A stretch of DNA of 62,477 bases, counting the filler, from Choristocarpus tenellus KU-1152 (lineage: Eukaryota; Protista; Phaeophyceae), in assembly GCA_964200185.2 (NCBI GenBank). It is 11 parts of 11 records of this genome, joined end to end, with 100 filler letters (N's around TTAATTAATTAA, not from the genome) between each part and the next. Parts side by side here need not be neighbours in the genome. Positions count along the whole stretch, not along the records: positions 1 to 3,007 come from CAXNAD020022981.1; positions 3,108 to 6,097 come from CAXNAD020023099.1; positions 6,198 to 14,704 come from CAXNAD020004637.1; 8 more parts are not named here. One strand, 5' to 3'. Each line of letters begins with the position of its first letter. Position 1 is the stretch's first letter. This document shows positions 1 to 12,800 of this stretch, one piece after another. The notes beneath the pieces were generated by a model, which saw only the letters and a list, made by a program, of their open reading frames with translations, was not told where the DNA came from and made no database searches. Made by a program: the position numbers and the translations under genes.

Positions 1-594
1 TTCCCCCTTTTGGGGTTCCCCACGCGCGAATACTGCTCGCGCCGGTTAAAGCGTGGGAAGAAGTACTCGCGCTATTCGCCTGTAACAGATGGTGCAGCCC
101 CTGAGCAAGCGTGGCCTTGCGCACGTCAGCAAGTCTATCCATAAAAAGGGCTGGCTCGAACAGTTTGCTCCGTCCATCGTCATCCAACGAGACTGCTTAG
201 GCAACGGGGACCAGCTCACCGCCGACACTGCGCTTGCCGTTCAAGGACGCACACTGGACGGAAACCATAGAATAACGGTGTTGAAGAGAGAGTTTGATCA
301 CGGACACACTTTCAATTCAAGCAAGCAAGCCAACGTAGGGCATACATGTACACGACGATCAAATGAAATTGTTGCCGCCCCCCACACACACTGTCCTACT
401 ACCCCATCTTCGTCGGGATGGATTCCCATTCATTCGTAGCGGGGCCTTCCAAAAGTGCCGCAATTAAAAAAACCCCCAACATATGTGCACTTTCCGCACA
501 CCAATCCGCATCTTACTCATCCTCAATAAAAAGCTCCATCCTCAATTTTGATGATCAACTGTTAGGAGCAAGAACCTACTATCTAGTTAGCAAA

Positions 595-866
595 GGCTCA
601 AAGTATCAGGGGTGATTTGGTTGCATACGTTGGATGGATAACGTAAGTGCATTTTCCTGGTTACTGGCCAAATGGACATCCTGGTGAAGACCCCCCCCCC
701 CCCCCCCCCCCCTCGGGCAGACCACACAACCCCCCCCCCAAAGAAAATAAAAAAAAAATGATTAGATAATTTTATACAGGANNNNNNNNNNAAGTGCATT
801 TTCCTGGTTACTGGCCAAATGGACATCCTGGTGAAGACCCCCCCCCCTCCCCAGATACTTTGGGTC
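595..866. mobile_element. MITE family B copy (internally deleted; partly duplicated across a 10-N gap)
   Basis: Ends GGCTCAAAGTATC... and ...CCAGATACTTTGGGTC; internal sequence matches other B copies; 3-bp flanking duplication AAA/AAA. 655-711 is repeated at 792-850 around the N10 gap (likely assembly artefact). Confidence 0.85.
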
Positions 867-3007
867 AAACGACACATCCTGACCACTGTTGAATATATAA
901 AGAATTTGTGTAGATATTTTCAAACTGGATCGAACGAATCTGGGGCATTTACAATGGCGTTATAATACTCTTTTTTGCCAAAAATTGTTGTGGGTAATAC
1001 CTGAAACCCTTAGACTAGGGTGAAGGAGTCTCATACAACCCAGGATGAGGGGTTATGTCTTCTATCTTCTATGTAATGCTTACTCAACGAAGAGGGTCCA
1101 AGGGACACATAGAAACGCCGAAGAAGAATTCTATCTATTGGTGAAAGATTACCGTGTTTGAATTTCATTGGCTGGTGGAATGAAGGCTGAATAGCTCTCG
1201 TACAACTTTCAAAAAACTTTTTTCCAATGCTTAAAGGGGCCATCTCTCACAAACAATCCAACACAATCCTAACACTAAGAACCAGGGACAGGACCCTACC
1301 ATTGCCCATCCAACAGACTGCCATAACTAGAAAAAAAGAGAAAATTCAACCACCTGATGCAGTTGTGAGGGGTGACGTCATTACCTCCTATATGAAAATA
1401 TAATGAAATCCTAAGCACCACCCACCCAGTTTCATATATAAATCTTAGTGGATAGAAGCATACCTAACAAAATTCATTGAAGCAATTTTCACAACCCAGG
1501 GGCATTTTTTTGTCTCCAGTAGTGTGTGTACTTGACCCTCTGACCAATTCTAGGGCGTCTCTTTTGACTATTTGAATATTATAGAATGCTGAATTGTTAG
1601 AACGGGTTATGCAAGGAGGGAGGGCTGCATTACTTCGCCATCCAATCTTAGAGGGGAGTCCATTTAGTAGGCCGTTTTTTTACTCTTTAGGACATTAAAT
1701 CCTTCTGCCTGACACAAAATTTCCCCTTTTGTCGTGCTTGAAATGCAACTAAACCCCTTCAGAGAGTTGTCACCGTAGAGGGTAGAAAAAAGTCGATCTA
1801 CATAAGCGCAATGTCAGCCTCCACGCCAGCATACCAAAGGCAGTCACATGAGACCCAAAATACTCAACGACACCCCCCTTACACTAAAGAAGGACAGTTC
1901 ACTTTGCCACATGCCGTAGTAGGACAACCACAGATGGATTTATGATTTCACAGTACTCTGGAGTACTCCAGAAAAACAAGAAGGCAAGGAGGTCAAGACT
2001 GTACGTGGTTGAGGGAAGAAGACACGGATATGACAGCAACAAAAACCATAGCAAACAACGCCATCACCATCAATACATATAAAACAAAAAATGAATAAAT
2101 AGGAGTACAAGGGACAGGGAGGGTACGATCCTCCGCAGTCTAATCGAAAATATCATACATTTCTTCACTTTAAAACTTCAACTAAGTATTAAAAAGAAAA
2201 AAGAAAATGAAATAATCTTACACGACTATGAGGGAATAGATGGGCAAATTGCGTAAGGATACGGAACAGGATTGTCAAGTCCCTACCATATTGCAACTCT
2301 AGCTCCGAGTCTTAATAAAATGATCAACATCCACAATATTGTTCTCAATATCCTCCATCTATATTAATTCATTCTTGGAAGAGCGACAAGGCTCAATTTG
2401 TTTTGTTTTTTTACATTCAGACATATCAATGTGCTGTTGTTGTTGCAAATCTTTGAAAAGTCATGAAAAAACTTAATTGCATATTATACTTTAGATTTTA
2501 AAGGGATGTCCATGGTGTGCATACATCTGTCTGTGCACCTAAAAATAGTATGACACCATGAGGTTGCTATGGTGCGCAACTAATATCCCTCCGATATAGT
2601 TCTGTTTATTTTGGTTTACCAGAATAAACCCAACTACTTATCTACAACTGCAAAACCTTCGACAACAGGTCGCAAAGTATGGTGCAAAAACGGAGCCATT
2701 GGCAGTTACTTCAATGTATGCGCACGAAATTCGGCATAGGGAATTAATAGCGCCAAGCAGGCCGCTCACACAAATCTCTCTTACAGCAGGAGAGCCAGTA
2801 TCCACCAAGTCGCTCCACATTACACACCCTACCTACAACCTTGTAGTCATCAATAGTTACCATGCAGGAGCAGCTGTGACCGCTCGTCACAATAGTCATC
2901 TTGACATCTTTGACCGCCATTGACGAGCCACTATAAATTGAATACAAATTATAAGAAGAGGGGGGGGGTCCAGGGGGGGCTATGTGGGAGAGGGCAGGGG
3001 GTGTAAA

Positions 3008-3107
3008 NNNNNNNNNNNNNNNNNNNNNNNNNNNNNNNNNNNNNNNNNNNNTTAATTAATTAANNNNNNNNNNNNNNNNNNNNNNNNNNNNNNNNNNNNN
3101 NNNNNNN
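3008..3107. other. Artificial contig-joining spacer (N44-TTAATTAATTAA-N44), first of ten
   Basis: Identical 100-nt spacers with a six-frame stop linker at 3008-3107, 6098-6197, 14705-14804, 21219-21318, 24771-24870, 35119-35218, 38634-38733, 46981-47080, 52540-52639 and 59012-59111. Confidence 0.97.
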
Positions 3108-3359
3108 CCCCCCCCACACACATACTTTGATGCATTACCCTCCACTATCATTAATAATGAGCCCTATTCTCCGCCTTCTCATATCCAGTCTTGAGAGCAT
3201 CAATAATCAGGATGGGAGAATTGTTATTTTTTGTTCGAAATGAAAGTTGAAGAATCTACTTGAAAGACACAACAACCAACCCCTCCTGATCAATTTTAGG
3301 GATGCATGCAGTTCGTGCTCAGTAGATTGAGCACGAAAAAATAAGCCAGGAAAAGGTAC

Positions 3360-5726
3360 AGGGCCAAAGTGAGCTGCCTTCGATTTTACCACGCATCCTC
3401 CATCCCTTAAATCAACAGCAAAGTACTGCAGTACCAAGAACTACTTATGTAGTACAGTAGTAGTTGTGTTTCCCCATTCAATCTTGGACCTGTTTCTTTT
3501 CTTCTTGGAGTTGAACCTTGGTTGGTGTCGGTGTTTCTGGAGGACAGATAGTAGGTAGAACCGATGGCTAAACTTTCATGATTTATTGTTGGTTTATTGT
3601 AAGAACAGTATCCCAATAAATATACTGAGTATATATTACCGGATCAATGCTTATTTTTCAAGACGCATTTGATCGTTCAATCCAGCACTTTCTTCCCTCC
3701 TACTATACAACCCTGAATATTGAGAAGACAAAAATAATGCAATACGCGAAATAACGTTTCAATTGTTTTAAGAGCCAGACAGGTGTGTTGTGCGCTTATA
3801 AGGGTTAGGGTTGAGGGAGGGGAACACAAAAGTACGAAGAAATCAGGGAAGCCACAGACACGTCGCATCTACACGTAACACATAAAACTTCCAAGCATAT
3901 AGCAAGCGATAGTGATTGAAGATGTCATCAGAGATGAAAGACTCTCTTGCCCTCACCATGCCATCTCCACCCCTATACTCATCTTCCCTTGGACACCAGT
4001 CCTACAACTCTATATTATTCCAACACATGGAAGGACTAGGTCCTACTATTCAACAGGAGGAATAACGACAGCGCTTTCATCACATCACCCAACCTAGACT
4101 CAAAATGCTTCATGTTGCCCGCCCCCAATAGCTAAGCCAAAAGTCAAGACACCCCACACACTAGAATTATGGGGTACTGTACCATCCCTCCCATCTATCC
4201 AACCTCAGTACCTCAAGAGACGTTCATATGACTACAGATCACTGTAGATCAATCTGTAGCAGTACAAACTACACACCCCAGCACAGCACCCCAACCCTAA
4301 CCCTAGTGGGACTTGGGGCTAAGGATCACCCCGGACCGCATCCTCCTTTTACACAGCAATCCCAGCACGCTATGCACAGTCAAGCTATCGTGCCAAGGCA
4401 ATTGGTTACACCCAGTATCACTGACTACTCGTTTACACAGCATAATATCTCACCACATTCCCCACAAGCTGCAAGAAGCATCTCTTGAGGTTCGGCATCT
4501 GTAATTCTAGTACATGAGGGCCCTTGCAACAAGTGAAACAAACCACTAAAGGTGGACTGGAACATGACATGGACGTAACCAAGTGAGATAAAAGTTTGTA
4601 CTCTGGAGCATATAAGCATATTTGTTCCTCTGCATGCTCAGAGTATTTGTTGCCCACTATTTCACCAGGGTAACACAGGGTTTCACTACACGCAATTGCT
4701 CCCTTCCCTCCACCGGTTCAGCTGCTCAGTAGTTCAATTCTCATCCCAATGGACAGAAAAGCTTGGCACAAAACAACCCAAAAAGAGAAGAGGTGCCCCA
4801 AGAAGCTTGGCTCCCATATGCCAACACCCTGGCCAGTGCTGTTGCACCCACTGCATATAGGAGTATCATCAAATAAACAAAGCCAGTTAAGCTGAACCTC
4901 ACAAAGGCATCATCATACTACTACAAACTCATGGTAAGATCGTTTGAAGTATGTATGGCGGTGGCAGTTGGTTGGGTGGAGTCAGGAGGACTCTCTCCAC
5001 CTGCCTCACTCCCCCCATGCCGCCACATGCTCTCAGCGACACTCTATCCTTCCATTCATACTGTTATTCATACTGTTCCTGCATATATTTCACAAGTCAT
5101 CATGATGCGAGCCATGCGAATCAAGGCCAGCAGTGAAAATAAAAAATCGCCAAATCTACTCGTAACTTCAACTCTTTTAGGATCAGTCTATCCAAGTCAG
5201 TAACAGTGAGATGATCTGCAGGCCAACCACATCCCCCCTGCAACAACTGTGCTGTCCTTGTCCAACCTCCAACAACACACGTCCTCCAGAACCCCCCAGG
5301 GTCCATGCCAGGTACTTCAATACCCTGTGAACGAGTGAGATCAAACCTTCACGTCTTCCAAACACGCTGCTTGTTACCTATATCTTCCTCCTTCGGAACC
5401 AAACTATTTCTCCTTGCACTCAACAAGTCTCCACAAAACTGAAAACAAGCATCACAAAAAAAACACATACACAAAAATACCCACACATAGAGGTTCCTCC
5501 TGCGGATGCTAACTCCCCCTCCCCCACCCTCCCTCCGCACACATTCCCTTTAATAACCCCCCAACAATATTACAGTCCCCTTCACCCCCCACCCCCAGGA
5601 GCTCCTGGTGCCTCCACTAGCTTCTCCACCTTCCAGCAAATCATCTTCCCCTCCTCTCCAGCAGAGAGGAAGTAACTATCTGGTGAGTCAGGGTTGTTAA
5701 TAGGTAGAAGGGCGTGCACAGCTCTC
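3360..5726 (-). CDS. WD40-repeat protein, internal exons (partial)
   Basis: Exon ~5726-5590 after acceptor TACAG reads RAVHALLPINNPDSPDSYFLSAGEEGKMICWKVEK (WD40-like). Exon ~3425-3360 after acceptor CTGCAG reads YFAVDLRDGGCVVKSKAAHFGP. The joining exons were not resolved. Confidence 0.5.
5100..5450 (-). mobile_element. Decayed LINE 3' (post-RT) fragment
   Basis: Frameshifted translation GDLLSARRNSLVPKEED...SLVHRVL...LDKDSTVV...GWPAD...DRLILKEL resembles the C-terminal region of algal LINE ORF2. Recognised by eye only. Confidence 0.45.
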
Positions 5727-6197
5727 CTGTATAGAAATCGCCATTGAGTCCCAAGGCAATAAGGGTGTGCGTGGAGTGTCAAGATAGGGTAAAATATGAG
5801 CTGTGTCCAAGATAGCAGTGTGGGTGGGTGGGAAGTAGAAACACCCTACAAGTTGGGGGTTGAGATTTTCATGTATTCCAGTGTGCTGATTAGTCGAAAA
5901 GAACCAGTGACCAGTTCTGAGAGATGAGCCACAGTTGGGGGAACCTTGCATGGCGTGTGTTTACCACAGCTCTTATGATCTAATTGGTCAACAACATAAC
6001 AACCTCTGAACCCCCCCCCCCCCACCACCCCCACCACCATCAACAAGTATCTTGGAGAGATTACGAGAACAAGGGAGCACTAACCCTACCCCCAACCNNN
6101 NNNNNNNNNNNNNNNNNNNNNNNNNNNNNNNNNNNNNNNNNTTAATTAATTAANNNNNNNNNNNNNNNNNNNNNNNNNNNNNNNNNNNNNNNNNNNN

Positions 6198-6327
6198 TCA
6201 TAATATATATATATTACCTACTCCAAAATATTTCGGCGTGGGAAAAATGTCATAAAAACCCCGTGGGAATCCAAGCCCCAAATGGACAAACAGGGCAAAC
6301 CCCCTACCCTCTAAGATACTTTCACTC
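6198..6327. mobile_element. MITE family A, partial (contig start; long-spacer end)
   Basis: CCCCAAATGGAC, 26 nt, AGATACTTTCACTC terminus; interior matches other A copies. Confidence 0.9.
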
Positions 6328-6624
6328 AGATAGTAGCAAGATATGGGGCGTTATGGAGTTTCTGGAGATGAAATAAATTCAGAGGAGGAGACCTTGGAAC
6401 TTACTAGCAGGGCTACTTGGTAGTCATATGAAACTGCCCTGGTGGCAAGGAATGGTCAAGAAAAAACCAGAGGTGATTCAATTTTCCCCAATTCTCTTTT
6501 GTGCTTTGCATTTTGTACTCTGTTGGCGGTCAGTTGGGTCAAGCTCTCACCTTAGAACGATTAGCTTCCTATTCCCCTCATCAAATTGTGCTACGTGATT
6601 CGACACTTGTCTCCCATTTTTCGC

Positions 6625-6826
6625 CTCCCATCTCATTCTCTCACCTCATGCAAAGCTCCACCTTACACCCTCATCAACAAAAAGTGCTTTGTCAGCTCAT
6701 TCTCCCATCTCATCCAAAGCCCCACCTCATATCCTCATCGACAAAATATGCATGGTCAGCTCATTCTCCCATCTCATTCAAAGCTCCACCTCATACCCTC
6801 TCTAACAAAATATGAATCATCAGCTC
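6625..6826. repeat. ~64-bp imperfect tandem repeat x3 (intronic minisatellite)
   Basis: CAAAGC(T/C)CCACCT recurs at 6651, 6715 and 6779, with shared TCAGCTCATTCTCCCATCTCAT. Confidence 0.85.
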
Positions 6827-6838
6827 TACTTTTCTCAC

Positions 6839-9800
6839 CTGCTCAACCTCCTCGATGTGTGCCTGTGCTTCTTCCTCGGTAAGACCCAGCGAACCAGCTG
6901 CATTAAACGCCTCAACTCCTGCGCCTTGAGTTCTGAGTACCATATGTCATTGTGCACCCAAGGTTGGTTGTAGAGATGAGGCCCAGGCAACATAATTGTG
7001 CTATCATGTGATAATACGAGGGGTCGTGGTTTGGTATGTGATGGCGTTGTGACAACAGGCATGGCGCAATGATTGGTGCACGGAGAAGGTAAGCAATGCA
7101 AATAGAAGAATTCTGGGTAGGAAAAATGGAAACAGTGGGTTTAACTGAAAGCATTGATAACAAGAATGACAATGGCTCTGTGTATATAATGATGTGTCTT
7201 TGAAGTTCATCTGCAGCAACATAGCAAGCCAACAAGATCACAAGGCAAAGAAGATAGATGATACTGACCCAGGGCCAAGGGCAAAGAGTAGCCGTGACCG
7301 ACGCATGCACACCAATTGCAAAACTGGTGGAATAGCTCCAGCTGTCCCTTCCTTCTCATTACACTCCCCAACTCTCATCCTGTGACGGCCGTCTTCACCA
7401 CCGCCAGCAGGTTGAGGAGATGTACTAGTTTTTGAGGAGCTGGGTGGACCAGGTTTGGAGGTGAAGCTTGAAGACTTTTTGTGGATCATTGAGCCTTGAC
7501 TATTGTTGAGGAGCAGACTTGGATCTGGACTCAAACAAAACCTAATGACCACCTCACACAAGGCCAAAGGGGCAATGGCATGGGCCCCTAGCCCATGTGA
7601 CTCCATCATGTCAGACAGTGACAGGAGATGGTGGACTAGAAGGGGGACCTGCTGTATGGAATGATTTGAGGGTGCTGAAGGTGAGGTTCAATAGTGTTAG
7701 GTATAGGAAGTGAGCTTTGGGAAGGTGGGGAGGAGAGAGGGTAGAGGGAGGGATTTCCACAAACTAGCAAGCAAATATCTATGGCATTGTACTCACCAAG
7801 CACACGGACAGATCTTTGGTTTGCAGGATAAAGGCTCTTGACTGGAGGAACAGAATGAAACAGCATACGTTGCCAGTAACTAGGTACACCTATGTGCAAA
7901 ACTAAAAAATAAGCAAAATAAAAAATGCTCATGTACATATGCACACCTTGTCGATAGTGGCTGGTCCAATGACCATCCTCTCCCTTCCAGGGGGTGGTGA
8001 AATCATGAATTCAACTAACTCTGGAACAGGCCGCCATTTCTCCCACTCAGCTAGGCAATTTGGTGCCAAGAAAGCTTTTCAAAAGTGTATACGATTGAAC
8101 GATAGCAAAAACAAGATATATTGAGGGGAGGGGTTATGAACTCATCATAGAGGGGGAGGAGAGAACTGATTAGGTATGGTTTGTCTAGCGATTTCCGCAC
8201 CTAGCGTCTCAGCCCAAAGTCCCTACTGACTTTCAAAGTCCCAAATACATCAATCTGAGAACAATATTTCTCCAAATGTTCAAGTGGTAAGGCATATGCT
8301 CATAATTTTCCCACTCCAATCCTAAATGTTCTGCAGCTATGGCAAGAGCAATGCAACTGGAAGCTGCCTATGCTGCTCCAATCCTAACCTGGTCTGAATT
8401 ATGCTGCCAATAGGGCAAGGCCAATCAAGGCTTTCAATTTACTAGTAGGGGCTGATTTGCACTTTTTTTATTCGGCAATGGTATATTCCCGCAGCACAAT
8501 GTGTTATGGCAGCCAATATGGGCGTCAGATCCAGATCCTCTCAAACACCCAGCCCCTCTCCTTCATTGTTCCTCACCTTCCTCTGCCAAGACCCCTGTTT
8601 CCGTCTCCATTGCCACCCACTCGTTGAATGTCATTGCCTGGGAAATATTGTTGCTTTGAACATTCTCTGCATCATTGAAGTTGTTGGACTTTGCCCTCTC
8701 ATAGCGACAGAATGACTTCCCTATATTCCCTGTTTCAGCTATTGTCTTAGCTATCTTCGAAACAAAATAATGTGCCTGGTGTGCATGTGTGTTTGTGTTG
8801 ATGGGGGATAGGAGGTAGCATGTGGAGTTGGATCAGGGGAGGGTTAAAGTTTGGTGCAAAAAAGTGGATCCACTGGGTAAAGCAAATGTGCTTTGTAGTG
8901 GAGAGCATCACCTGTACTGTGATAGAAAATGCTCCTGCACATTGTGACAACTACAGCATATTGTATTCTGAAGTGGTATTGCCAAGGTATTTTTAATAGG
9001 ATATTTTTGCCATCCATGATGCCCCTGCCTTTTATTTAAGTGTGATGGCATCAGATGTGAGGACAGCAAAGAATTTGTTGTCCAATATCACTAACAATGG
9101 TGCATGATTGCAAACATATCACCTACTTTAAGGTGTATATATATAGAACTTAGTATTTACACCTCGTTGACCACAAGCCCCTGAATGGAATTTCAACATG
9201 GCTGGTGGTAATGGTAGGTATTGAGAAATACTTTCTTCAGTGTGATAAGAAATGAACATTGCCTTCATAAAGTCGATTTTTTCAAGGCAGACAAGGATTC
9301 TTCCAATGTTCATTCTTCGAAAACAACCTTAACCTTGCCAAGACTGGGAAATATGCCATTAAACCTAACCCATTAAAAGTAACAATGGATAACAACTCAT
9401 GTCTGGAGTCGAGGACTCTCATTACAGACCATTCCTAATCTACCTTGAGTCAAAGCCTCTTAGAGGGTAGAGCCGCGTCCCTTTGGGGGCCAAAATCCAA
9501 CTTTCCAATTTTAATTAATTTTGGCTATCGTGTTTGTTAGGAGATGTCAATATCCTTGTTCCGGACACACCTTTTCATAATGTTTACATTTTACCTACTC
9601 CGAAACTTTTTGGAGTAGGTAAAACGTCATGAGAAACTGGTGGGAAGCCAAGCCCTAAATGGACAAACAGGGAAAAACTCCTACCCTCTAAGATACTTTC
9701 GCTCTTTAATTCACCACAGGGCCATTCTTGACTTAACTATGCCATGATATATATTGTGTAATATAGGTGCCTGATATCTACTCCCTCAGAGTAGAGAGTC

Positions 9801-12800
9801 GAGCTATCTGCATCAGCACAAGTGGAAGCATGTGGAATCTTTGATAAAAACCTTACATTCTCACTGCACCTTGTACTTCAAAATGGATTGGGAAAAAGCC
9901 TTCAACTGCAATTTCACCTTCATACTAGCGGTGCCACTATTTGATCTAGAGGGCAAATGAGGGTGGTTCGCTTGCCTGCAGCAGAAGGTCTTGACGTTCC
10001 CAAAATGTGCACACATTGCGTGCCAGCATGGTCAACAACCTCACAGCTCTTTCCTGATGTCCCACATCCAGAACAGTTGGGATGTGGTAGGCGCCTGCTT
10101 TGGAACTACTTGTACTGTGAGTGGCACCTCCTACATTTTCTGTGTTGTTCCTGGTTCCCCCAGACCCTCCCAAGACCCCACGACTGCCGACACTTTTGTA
10201 TGTTGTAGTCCCAACTCGACTGCTCTCACCCCTGCTATGAGTTCCAGGACTTTTTCCTTGAAGGAGTTGCCCACGGGAAGACTGGTGTGGAGAGGTAGTC
10301 TTTCGTGACCCTGACCTGAAGTGATGAGTAGGATGCAGAATTTTGTGCGGTTCTATTTGCAAGACAAACGTATTGCAAATTTATTCAAGGTCCTGAAATG
10401 TGATAGAAATACTCAAAGGCAGGAAATGTACATACTAACAACAACTTATTTCCCATCAAGGTGAGTTACTTTGGATTTGTCGAATAACCTAGTGTTATCC
10501 TTATGTTGTATGTGCTGATATATGTATATATCATAGTTTCATGTAAGTTTATCTTTGGTTTGGTATAATGCAAAGTAGTAACGTGCATAGCGGTATGATG
10601 GATCAGTACTCATTCATACGTCAGTGATAATGAATGGCTGGCGGGCAATTAACAATTCAGTGTATGTTCACTATATAACTTAACCAGCGGCTTTGAGCGA
10701 TTAGCCTTTCATGCACTAAGCTTTTCAGCTGGGTTATCTACATATTATCCTGGAGACTACTGTGATCAAGATGACCCAATTTTTGACATGTTGTAGCCCA
10801 AGCAATTGCTACCACTATCTCCTGAATGCTGTTTTTTCGCTGTATTTATTCTTTGGTCCCTTTTTATTCCCTTCCCTTTAGTTTCCTTTGTAGGACATGT
10901 GATGTGTAATGCTTTTTGATTGGACGGGCGTGTTTTAAACCGAGTCTTCTCTTTCTGAATATTTTTGCATTGTACATAGGTTCTATTCGTTACCGAGGTA
11001 GATACCATAGGTTAATCCTCCATACTTTTTCTTTATGGTCTTCATCATTTTTTTCTCTAACTTCACACGTATTTTAATTATTCTGGATCCATAGTACTTG
11101 CATCTCTCCAACACTGCGTATTGCCTTTTTTTCAAGACCTTTTGACCACCGTTCTGGGACCCACCAGACCAATGTGAATAACGATAGTACTATGAAGAAT
11201 TGCAAAACAATATATTGCCAAGGGTCGTCAAGTTGCCTAAGGTACACAGGTAAGAAAGTCTCAACTAATAGCCCAACACGATTCCCTAAAATGGCACCCA
11301 TTGGTTTCCAAGCTATCAAAAACCATGACATACATCTATTAATACTGTATTATTACAGCAGAATCCAAACAGAAAAATTAAACCGCAATTTTGAGAACAT
11401 GTGTGGCCATTAGTACGGGAATAGAGGCATAGATATGCCGAGGAGGTAATCCTTTGATGCCCCCCTAGCACTTCAAGATACTGATGGATCAAATTGGTCA
11501 GGGAAGAACATTCTCCTTCTCATTTGACCTCCATTCAAGTTGACTCGGCTAGTTAGGGAAACACCTACCCACCTGTGGAGTTCCCTTTGCGTCCCTTGAG
11601 AGTTCCAAGGCCTTTGCCTGCTTCCCTCAACCACATTCCCCCCCTCCCAATGTTTGTGATCCCTTTCCTGCTCTACTGGATGTTGGTCTTACCTATACTG
11701 CCCATCATCAAAATCGTCCCACTCTCCTCTTTGACTGTCTTCTTCATCGGATACATCATTGGAGTCCTCACTGCTTTCAATTTGATCCATGGCTAGACTC
11801 TAGATAAGGAAGGTGACATGAACAAAAAATGTGATTGTGGGGTTGTAGCAACGTGAGATGAGTGGTAGATTGTGGTATGAAATCGGATATGGGCCAGATA
11901 GGGGTAAATAGAAGCAGGGTGGTTTGCAGAAACGTTATTTCAAGGTTTAATTTTGCTCTTGTATGGGTTTATTCAGAATGTAGAATTTCCTATAGAGAAT
12001 AATTAGTTGGAGTAGGCAATCTTCCCAGGCTATGTCTCGTTTGCTGTAATGGGTTTAAACTACCCTACCCAACAGGGTAGAAACTCAAGACTCAGATCAC
12101 CTAGAGACATGTGTTACAAAGTACCACATCACAGCTGTACTCTTTGGTGTTAGGTCTCACTAATGCAGGACTAAATAAGCCAAATCCATGAGGACAGCTG
12201 CTTAAGAATGTGAGTTGAAATAAGGCCAATCGATTTGCTGGACATCAATACAAGAACAGACAACAATGCTAACCTCGGTTGCACCCTACTCTTGCCCAAA
12301 CCTTCTTGCTGATATAGGCTCTAATACACTTCAGCTTTGCACAAATCCCATCTTGCACATCCTTTCTGACAATACATCACCCCCAGTGTGTCCCAAAAAC
12401 TCCGTGATAAAAATTATATTTTTTATACAGGGATTAATTCTATTTTAAAGCAGGCCTGATTTGCCACACACATTTCCACTTCCTCTCAACCCGCAATTTC
12501 CTCTATCAACCCTTAATCTCACAACTCTGTCAGCCCTGTCATAAGGCATCTTAATTTGGTGTTGTGCAATCGTGGATGGAGACAGAAGAACCTGTTCAAA
12601 CTAATTCCTGCCAAGCTCTAGCGGACTACAGACATATCCACTTTTTTGTCAATTCTTGTTCTAAGGATATGTGTTGGGACACCTCTTATAATCTTTGCAT
12701 GGTATAACCCTCAGGCACAGGATTTCAGTGCTGCACTGGTCGTTGTGTTGAATCTACTCAAGGTCTGTTCCTTCTCTAAAATATCAAACAACAGCTATGG

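Noticed and set aside
89-439. 116-aa plus-strand ORF, and a possible minus-strand terminal exon (CASLNGKRSVGGELVPVA*)
   Set aside because: No recognisable homology and no linkable exons; the CpG-rich patch may be a promoter whose gene lies outside the window.
655-850. Direct repeat flanking the 10-N gap
   Set aside because: Most likely a scaffolding overlap artefact at the MITE poly-C tract.
3052-3063. Recurrent TTAATTAATTAA as a biological repeat
   Set aside because: Always centred in exactly 100-nt N spacers; it is a synthetic six-frame stop linker.
6625-6826. CRISPR-like array
   Set aside because: Whole units are similar with no unique spacers; eukaryotic intron; no cas genes.
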